A DNA stretch of 52,322 bases. It comes from a bacterium. Lineage in GTDB: Bacteria; Patescibacteriota; Minisyncoccia; UBA6257; UBA9933. The stretch covers positions 1 to 52,322 of the forward strand of contig JAJYNK010000011.1 of assembly GCA_021786355.1 (NCBI GenBank), given 5' to 3'. The notes under the pieces are model-generated. The model made no database searches and was not told the DNA's origin. It saw only the letters and a list, made by a program, of their open reading frames with translations. The position numbers were made by a program, and so were the translations under genes. Below, piece by piece: positions 46,648-52,322 of the stretch (the first letter of the stretch is position 1; every line of letters starts with the position of its first letter).

Positions 46648-47232
46648 TCATGTCTTTAATTGTTTTAAACTGCCAGTTTTGCTTATTTCAAATATTTCAA
46701 CATACGGTAGAAGATCAAAATTTTTTAGATTGTGTATCAATTCTTCGGGAAGCTTTGTTTTTCCAATCCAAACACTTTTCTGCAACATTTTAAATTTCAA
46801 ATTTCTGAGAACCTCTCTTATCCACCCTCTTTTCTTCCTGTGCTTTTCTGGAATGTCAAATATTATAATTTTAAATGTATTTTCGTTTTCTATTTTATAT
46901 ACTTTTTGAGGAAACTCATTTGTTTTTCTTAAACGAAGATTTTCCAATTTCTCCGCGCCTTTTTTGGTTATTTGCAATGATTTTTTATTTTCTTTATTAA
47001 TATTTTCGATTAACCCCTCTTTTCTTAGGCGATATAATAGATCGTAAAAACGCAATTTTTCTTCGCGATCTATTTGTCGGCCTTCTCTTTCTCTTTGGCG
47101 GCGCGCTAAAAGTTTTAATCCTTTATTTAATGAAGTTCCATAGGGTAAGCTAAAAATAAAAAACACATTGCCTATGGTTTGAGCTGATTGTTCGAGGGTT
47201 TCTAATATTTTTAATCCATACTCTCCTTTCAT
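46648..47232 (-). CDS. Stand-alone wHTH + Cas2-like protein, paralogue 3
   Basis: MKGEYGLKILE start matches the paralogues; FYDLLYRLRKEGLI; IIIFDIPEKHRKKRGWIREVLRNLKFKMLQKSVWIGK; VEIFEISKTGSLKQ. Confidence 0.85.
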   Translation of the reverse strand: MKGEYGLKILETLEQSAQTIGNVFFIFSLPYGTSLNKGLKLLARRQREREGRQIDREEKLRFYDLLYRLRKEGLIENINKENKKSLQITKKGAEKLENLRLRKTNEFPQKVYKIENENTFKIIIFDIPEKHRKKRGWIREVLRNLKFKMLQKSVWIGKTKLPEELIHNLKNFDLLPYVEIFEISKTGSLKQLKT

Positions 47233-47239
47233 AATTATT

Positions 47240-47268
47240 ATTTTAATCGTATATCTGACGATCGTCAA
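47240..47268 (-). promoter_or_regulatory. Promoter of paralogue 3, overlapping palindrome C-up
   Basis: Minus strand TTGACG-N17-TAAAAT-N7-ATG. Confidence 0.7.
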
Positions 47269-47277
47269 ATATACGAT
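47246..47277. repeat. Palindrome C-up (32 bp, ACGATCGT core) upstream of paralogue 3
   Basis: ATCGTATATCTG-ACGATCGT-CAAATATACGAT (11/12 arm pairs complementary). Confidence 0.94.
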
Positions 47278-47313
47278 ATGGTATGGTTGGTGTGTTTATA
47301 AAATTTTATAAAA

Positions 47314-48051
47314 TTAAAGTGTTTGGTTGGCGAGTGTTAAATTCCGGAGCGTGTATTTTTTTAAATTTAAAACCTGTTCGTTTGTTATGACTTCGCAGAT
47401 TACGCCCCAGTGTATGGAAACGAGATTGCCAATGGCGACTTGTTCAATATCATATTCCGATTCAAGCTGGCGAACCAATTTTCTTTTTATGGGCGTTCCG
47501 ATAAAAAGTTTTTTATCTGTATATAAAAGCGGTTCGGTTAAAACGGTTATGAACGGGCCGTCTATTTCCATAACTTTTCCCCAACTCACGCGACACTCAT
47601 CCATAGTTTCAACCGTATGTTCGCGTTCATCGTGCCCGGTCCTTTTCCAAACGTTTAAAACATGGAAAGAATGGTGCGGAGCCGCGCCTCTGCCGATTTT
47701 ATCTTCAACGACGCTGAATGATTTGCCCCCCATTCGGTATTTTATTTTTTGTTCTTCCACGAGATGACGGTAAAAGCTTTTCTGATCTGTTTTTTCAAGC
47801 ATACTGTTTCCCAGCCAATATGCTTCAACTACTCTGTCGTCAAAAGGATCAGCAACCCCATTTATTCTTGATATATATTTTAGATAAGGATAAAGAGTTT
47901 GGAATTTTGAAATTAAATGCTCCAGGCCGGCGTCTTTGGCGCCTTCATTTATATAGGCCTTAATTTCGCTGTTTTTATTAGGGCCGCAATAATGCAATCT
48001 ATTAGGCCCGAAAGCGTATCGGCTGCAGCGCAAAATTCCATCCATCATCAT
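47314..48051 (-). CDS. DUF6390-like protein (hydrogenase-associated)
   Basis: RYAFGPNRLHYCGP, YPYL..I......DPFD.RVVEAYWLGN, PHHSFHV, CRVSWG, VSIHWG; start one of three tandem ATGs. Confidence 0.75.
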   Translation of the reverse strand: MMMDGILRCSRYAFGPNRLHYCGPNKNSEIKAYINEGAKDAGLEHLISKFQTLYPYLKYISRINGVADPFDDRVVEAYWLGNSMLEKTDQKSFYRHLVEEQKIKYRMGGKSFSVVEDKIGRGAAPHHSFHVLNVWKRTGHDEREHTVETMDECRVSWGKVMEIDGPFITVLTEPLLYTDKKLFIGTPIKRKLVRQLESEYDIEQVAIGNLVSIHWGVICEVITNEQVLNLKKYTLRNLTLANQTL

Positions 48052-48980
48052 ATTGAAGATAATTTTTCCTGCGGGTTGACAAAGGCTTTATCAGCCGCTT
48101 TTTTGGAAAAAATAATCACAATAAAAGTTCCGAGAATAAAAAGCAGAGAACTAATTAGGTCGCGGACAGCGAAAGAATGAGTAATAAAAAGCGCCGATAA
48201 AACATTGGTGATTAAAGTCGCGGGGACAAGAAGTGTCGCTACGTACGTTGTCGGAGCGCGCTTGAGAGCCGCGTACCACGTTGTTACGTAACCGAATAAC
48301 AGCGCGCTGGTTAAAAGTATCCAGCCCCACTGGATTAAATTCAATGACGGGGTGGCAATTATTCCATTTTTTAAATAAAGAAAGGCGATAAGAATAATCG
48401 AGCCGATCGTCATTCGGGCAGACGCCACAATAGAACTTGATAAATCTCGGAGGGCTTTTTTGGCAATGATATTTTCAATCGCCCACAGCAACGTGGCGCC
48501 CAAAATCATCAATTCTCCCAAATTATATTTAAACCCGATAAAGCCCCCAATCAAAAGATTTGCCGCAAAAATCATTCCGACTCCAATCCATTGCCAGCGA
48601 CTTACCCGTTCTTTTAAAAACGGAATCGCCAAAACAAAGACCCATAAAAACAGAGTTTTGTGGATGAGAGCCGCGTTAATCGCGCTCGTTTTTGAAAGCC
48701 CGATAAAAAACAGGGCAAACGGCAATGATCCGCCGACAACGCCGATTAAAAATAATTTCAACCACTGGTTCTTTTTTAAAGATTTAATTTCCGGCCATTT
48801 TTTCAGTCCAGTCAAAACGCCGATAAGCAATATCGCAACTAAGCTATTTTTTAAAGTTGTGAAAAAAATCGGATCTTTGACCGTGGTTACCGCGATCTTA
48901 TTTATAAAATTGGTTAATCCGGAAATAAACGCGGTTGTCAGCGCGAGTATTGTCGCGTAGCGGAAATTTTTATTGCCCAT
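48048..48980 (-). CDS. DMT/EamA family transporter
   Basis: ~10 TM in two repeats; PFALFFIGL, FLKERVSR, LLWAIENIIAK. Confidence 0.88.
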   Translation of the reverse strand: MGNKNFRYATILALTTAFISGLTNFINKIAVTTVKDPIFFTTLKNSLVAILLIGVLTGLKKWPEIKSLKKNQWLKLFLIGVVGGSLPFALFFIGLSKTSAINAALIHKTLFLWVFVLAIPFLKERVSRWQWIGVGMIFAANLLIGGFIGFKYNLGELMILGATLLWAIENIIAKKALRDLSSSIVASARMTIGSIILIAFLYLKNGIIATPSLNLIQWGWILLTSALLFGYVTTWYAALKRAPTTYVATLLVPATLITNVLSALFITHSFAVRDLISSLLFILGTFIVIIFSKKAADKAFVNPQEKLSSI

Positions 48981-49070
48981 ATTGTAAATAGTTTACTAAA
49001 ATATAAGAACAAACTCAATTTTAAATTCTTGCGGGTTTTTAAAAGAGTAAAAAGGGGTATAATTATAACA

Positions 49071-49691
49071 ATGAAACGGCTAAATAATTTTAAGTTTAAA
49101 GAATTTGATATATTCAAAAAACTGGACACGCCTTCAAAAATACAGGATTTTATTGACGATATTGAGATAAATTTTGAAAAAAACGGCGAGACTTGCCGCT
49201 CGCCTTTAATGGTTTTAAAACATAATGAAGCCCATTGTTTGGAGGGCGCGCTTCTAGCCTCAGCGATTTTTTGGTACCACGGTAAGCCGCCGCTTCTTCT
49301 TGATTTGGTAACAACGCCAAACGACGATTATCATACAGTCGCCTTATTTAAAGAATCAGGCAAGTGGGGAGCGATAAGCAAAACCAATCATGCGTATCTT
49401 AGATATCGCGATCCGGTTTTTAAAAATGTTCGGGAGCTGGCAATGTCTTATTTTAATGAATATTTTTTAGACAGCGGGCAAAAAACTCTGCGAAGTTATT
49501 CCGGCTCTTTTGATTTAACCGAGTTCGGGGAAGATTGGTTGGTTGAAAAAGATGATTTATGGAGCATTGCCGAGGCGCTTGATAATTCCAAGCATTATAA
49601 AATTTTAACCGCCAAACAAATAAGGCGTTTGCGTTTAGCCGACCCCGTTGAAATAAAAGCCAATAAGCTGGTTCAGTGGAAAAAGGAATAA
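49071..49691 (+). CDS. Conserved hypothetical protein with transglutaminase/papain-like Cys-His signature
   Basis: AHCLEGALLA, DDYHTVALF, WGAISKTNH, RELAMSYFNEY; ATG 49071 seven nt after TATAAT. Confidence 0.65.
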   Translation: MKRLNNFKFKEFDIFKKLDTPSKIQDFIDDIEINFEKNGETCRSPLMVLKHNEAHCLEGALLASAIFWYHGKPPLLLDLVTTPNDDYHTVALFKESGKWGAISKTNHAYLRYRDPVFKNVRELAMSYFNEYFLDSGQKTLRSYSGSFDLTEFGEDWLVEKDDLWSIAEALDNSKHYKILTAKQIRRLRLADPVEIKANKLVQWKKE

Positions 49692-49707
49692 AATAAATTT
49701 ATTAACA

Positions 49708-50298
49708 ATGCACCTGTCCATAACGGAAATTACAAATTTATTAATCCAGTACAGATATTTTATCCTGTTTCCGATTGTGGTTTTTGAAGGCCCGATAATA
49801 ACCGTGGTGGCTGGGTTTTTAACTTCGCTGGGTTATTTTAACTTTTTTATAGTTTACGCGGTTGCGGTAGCGGGAGATTTAGCGGGAGACGTTCTTCATT
49901 ACGCTATCGGTTATTGGGGTGGGGAAAAGTTTATAAGAAAATACGGACACTATTTCTTTATGGACGAGAAGAGAATTATTAAATTGGAAAAAAGTTTTGA
50001 GCGTAACGGAAATAAGATGCTTTTTATTGGTAAAATAGCTCATGGCGCGGGAGGCGCGTTTCTTATCGCTGCCGGGTTGGTCAAAATGCCTTTTCGTGAA
50101 TTTATGCGCGCGAATTTGTTGGCGACCGTTTTAAAATCTCTTATTTTGCTTTTATTGGGCTTCTATTACGGCGCATTTTTATCAAAGATAAATTCATATT
50201 TTGATTTTATCGCCGCAATTTTTATCGGAGCGGTTATTATCGTTGCCGTTATTTACTTTTTTTATTATCCCAAAAAAAATGAAGGAAAAACTGATTGA
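49708..50298 (+). CDS. DedA/VTT family membrane protein
   Basis: FEGPIITVVAGFL, GDLAGDVLHYAIG, AAGLVKMPF. Confidence 0.88.
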   Translation: MHLSITEITNLLIQYRYFILFPIVVFEGPIITVVAGFLTSLGYFNFFIVYAVAVAGDLAGDVLHYAIGYWGGEKFIRKYGHYFFMDEKRIIKLEKSFERNGNKMLFIGKIAHGAGGAFLIAAGLVKMPFREFMRANLLATVLKSLILLLLGFYYGAFLSKINSYFDFIAAIFIGAVIIVAVIYFFYYPKKNEGKTD

Positions 50299-51118
50299 AA
50301 CAAACAACGGAAAGATTTTTTATTATACAGATATATTATCTTCTCAAGATCCGACAGTGGTTTTTTTACACGGTCTTTCTTCCAATCATACGACCTGGCT
50401 TAATGCGGCAGAAATTCTTCGCAAAAATAATACCAACAGCATAGCGCCGGATTTGCGCGGTCACGGGCTGTCTGACAAAACCAAAAAAAGAACGCTTTAT
50501 TCGTTTAGTGTCTTTTCCGATGACATAAAAAAAATTATCGACAACGAAGGATTGTCAAAAATTATTCTCGTCGGTTATTCGTACGGCGGTTCAATTGCCA
50601 TTGATTTTGCTATTAGATATCCGGAAGTTATGGATGGTTTAATATTGATTAGCGCGAATCACGTTAGTCCGTTTAAATATCGGGGGATTAATTTTCTTTC
50701 CCCGCTTGCTTATTATTTTCTTAACGCGTTAGCTTTTATTTTTTTGTGGCAAAAAAGAAAAAATTATTATTATTACAGGCAGGGGCAGTCAAAAGGATAT
50801 TGGCATTCTGTGTGGGTCGGTTTGAATACGATGCCGCTCGCTGTTAATTTTTGGATGTTAAGCCGCATGTTGTTGATAAATTTTAAAAATATAATTAGTT
50901 TAATTAAAGCGCCAACCTTAATAATAAGGGCGGAAGGGGACCCGTTTTTAACAGAAGCTGAGACGAAGGATATTGCAAAAGCTATAAAAAACGCAAAAAT
51001 AATCATTCCCGAACACGGTAGCCATTTTTTGGCTTCGCGCTCGCAAAACGAAATAGCCGAAATCATTGTTGGTTTTGTAAAAGGCCGGTTTGTGGCGGGG
51101 GAAATAGACCGGAAATAA
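50279..51118 (+). CDS. Alpha/beta fold hydrolase
   Basis: VFLHG, PDLRGHGLS, GYSYGG nucleophile elbow, D and H of triad near C-terminus; ATG 50279 preferred. Confidence 0.88.
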   Translation: MKEKLIETNNGKIFYYTDILSSQDPTVVFLHGLSSNHTTWLNAAEILRKNNTNSIAPDLRGHGLSDKTKKRTLYSFSVFSDDIKKIIDNEGLSKIILVGYSYGGSIAIDFAIRYPEVMDGLILISANHVSPFKYRGINFLSPLAYYFLNALAFIFLWQKRKNYYYYRQGQSKGYWHSVWVGLNTMPLAVNFWMLSRMLLINFKNIISLIKAPTLIIRAEGDPFLTEAETKDIAKAIKNAKIIIPEHGSHFLASRSQNEIAEIIVGFVKGRFVAGEIDRK

Positions 51119-51163
51119 ATTCCGCGCCAATTTAATCTAGCCGGATGCAATATAATAATCAGT

Positions 51164-52322
51164 ATGAAAATTGCGATTTTTAGCGACAGCTTTTTCCCTC
51201 AGGTAGACGGTGTGGCAAGTGTTGTTTTTAGATCGGCTCAAGGGCTGGGCGAATTAGGGCATGATGTTTATGTTTTTACCGCCTCAGCCGGTCGTTTAGT
51301 TAAGCAGGAAGAGAGCCGCAAAGAAAAAGCCCAAAAATTTACCTTAATCAGAATGCCTTCGGTTCCGGCGCTAATTTATCCCGGATATCGGTTTGCGTTG
51401 CCGATAGGTTTTGCGGTAAATAAATTAAGAAAGATTAAGCCCGATATTATTCATACCCACACTCCATTTTCGGTTGGTTGGGAAGCCGTGTGGCCGGCTA
51501 AAATTTTCGGCATCCCGATAGTGGGCACTCACCATACTTTTTATAATCATTATTTAAAACACGCCAAAATAGATTATGCCTGGGCGAAAAAAATTTCCTG
51601 GAAATACACGGTTGGATATTACAATCGCTGCAATCTTGTTTTGAGTCCGAGTAAGTCCTTGGCGGATGAATTAAAATTTCAAGGATTGAAAAAACTAGTA
51701 AAGGCATTCCCCAATCCCGTTGATACGGAATTTTTCCATCCGGTTGCAAGTCGAACAAAAAAAGAAGAGTTAAAAAAATTACTGGGCATTAAGGGAGCAT
51801 CTTTGGTTTATATGGGACGTGTCAGCTATGAAAAAAGCATAGATCAGGTTATTAAAGCCGCCGCGTTGGCTATGAAGAAAATTCCTAATTTACAGTTTGC
51901 AATAGTCGGGGACGGGCCGGAGCGGAAAAAACTTGAGAAATTAGTTAAGGATTTAGAAATAGAAAAAAACGTTCTATTTTTGGGGATCAAACACGAAAAA
52001 GATTTAGTTGAAGCGCTTCAGGCAAACGATGTATTTTTAACCGCAAGCAAGACAGAAAATATGCCGGTGTCAATTTTGGAAGCGATGGCAACTGGACTTC
52101 CGGTGATAGGTGTTGACGCTTTGGGAATTCCCGAAATAGTTTTGAACAACGTTAACGGATTCATAGTTTCTCCGGATAAAATTGAATCGATGGCCGGGAA
52201 AATATTACAACTCATTGAAGACGTCAAATTAAGAGAAAGATTTTCAAAAAAATCTAGGGAATTGTCGCTTGATTATTCGCAAGGGGAAATTGCGAAAAAA
52301 TTAGAGAACGAATATAATCAGT
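51164..52322 (+). CDS. Glycosyltransferase family 4 (partial; stop lies beyond window)
   Basis: Not in ORF track. ATG 51164: MKIAIFSDSFFPQVDGV...DIIHTHTPF...YMGRVSYEK...GDGP...ENMPVSILEAMATG; open to end. Confidence 0.88.
   Translation, partial: MKIAIFSDSFFPQVDGVASVVFRSAQGLGELGHDVYVFTASAGRLVKQEESRKEKAQKFTLIRMPSVPALIYPGYRFALPIGFAVNKLRKIKPDIIHTHTPFSVGWEAVWPAKIFGIPIVGTHHTFYNHYLKHAKIDYAWAKKISWKYTVGYYNRCNLVLSPSKSLADELKFQGLKKLVKAFPNPVDTEFFHPVASRTKKEELKKLLGIKGASLVYMGRVSYEKSIDQVIKAAALAMKKIPNLQFAIVGDGPERKKLEKLVKDLEIEKNVLFLGIKHEKDLVEALQANDVFLTASKTENMPVSILEAMATGLPVIGVDALGIPEIVLNNVNGFIVSPDKIESMAGKILQLIEDVKLRERFSKKSRELSLDYSQGEIAKKLENEYNQ

Noticed and set aside
7831..47277. CRISPR-Cas locus suggested by Cas2-like genes and ~35-bp palindromes
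   Set aside because: There is no repeat-spacer array and no cas1 or effector genes; palindromes occur only as pairs around single genes.
1..52322. Alternative genetic code (UGA=Gly), tRNA or rRNA genes
   Set aside because: TGA terminates recA and secD at expected positions, and no tRNA cloverleaf or rRNA sequence was recognised by eye.

Overview
This 52 kb window looks like a chromosomal segment of a Patescibacteria/CPR bacterium, probably Parcubacteria. The assignment is inferred from gene content and compact organisation; the genetic code is standard code 11. The left and central parts carry housekeeping genes (secG, ftsK, recA, ybeY, ftsA, ftsZ, class II nrdJ, DsbA-VKOR, secDF, efp, mnmA, holA-like, gatCA, tatD, metG). 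The right part is an Fe-S/fermentation cluster: iscS, iscU, Nfu, ferredoxin, flavoprotein reductase, ADP-forming acetate-CoA ligase, 2-oxoacid:ferredoxin oxidoreductase, a group 3b-related [NiFe]-hydrogenase pair, a protease-like gene and DUF6390. The main unexplained signal is three stand-alone ~190-aa wHTH + Cas2/PaaX-like paralogues (7886, 36328, 46648), with no cas1 or CRISPR array in the window. Each is bracketed on both sides by 32-44 bp palindromes that share an ACGATCGT core but have locus-specific arms. In two cases the upstream palindrome contains the gene's own -35 box. Two other single genes are also flanked by inverted repeats (a four-helix-bundle protein and a GIY-YIG nuclease). 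Many gene-less copies of repeat or palindrome families are scattered through the window, several inserted in frame in conserved enzymes.
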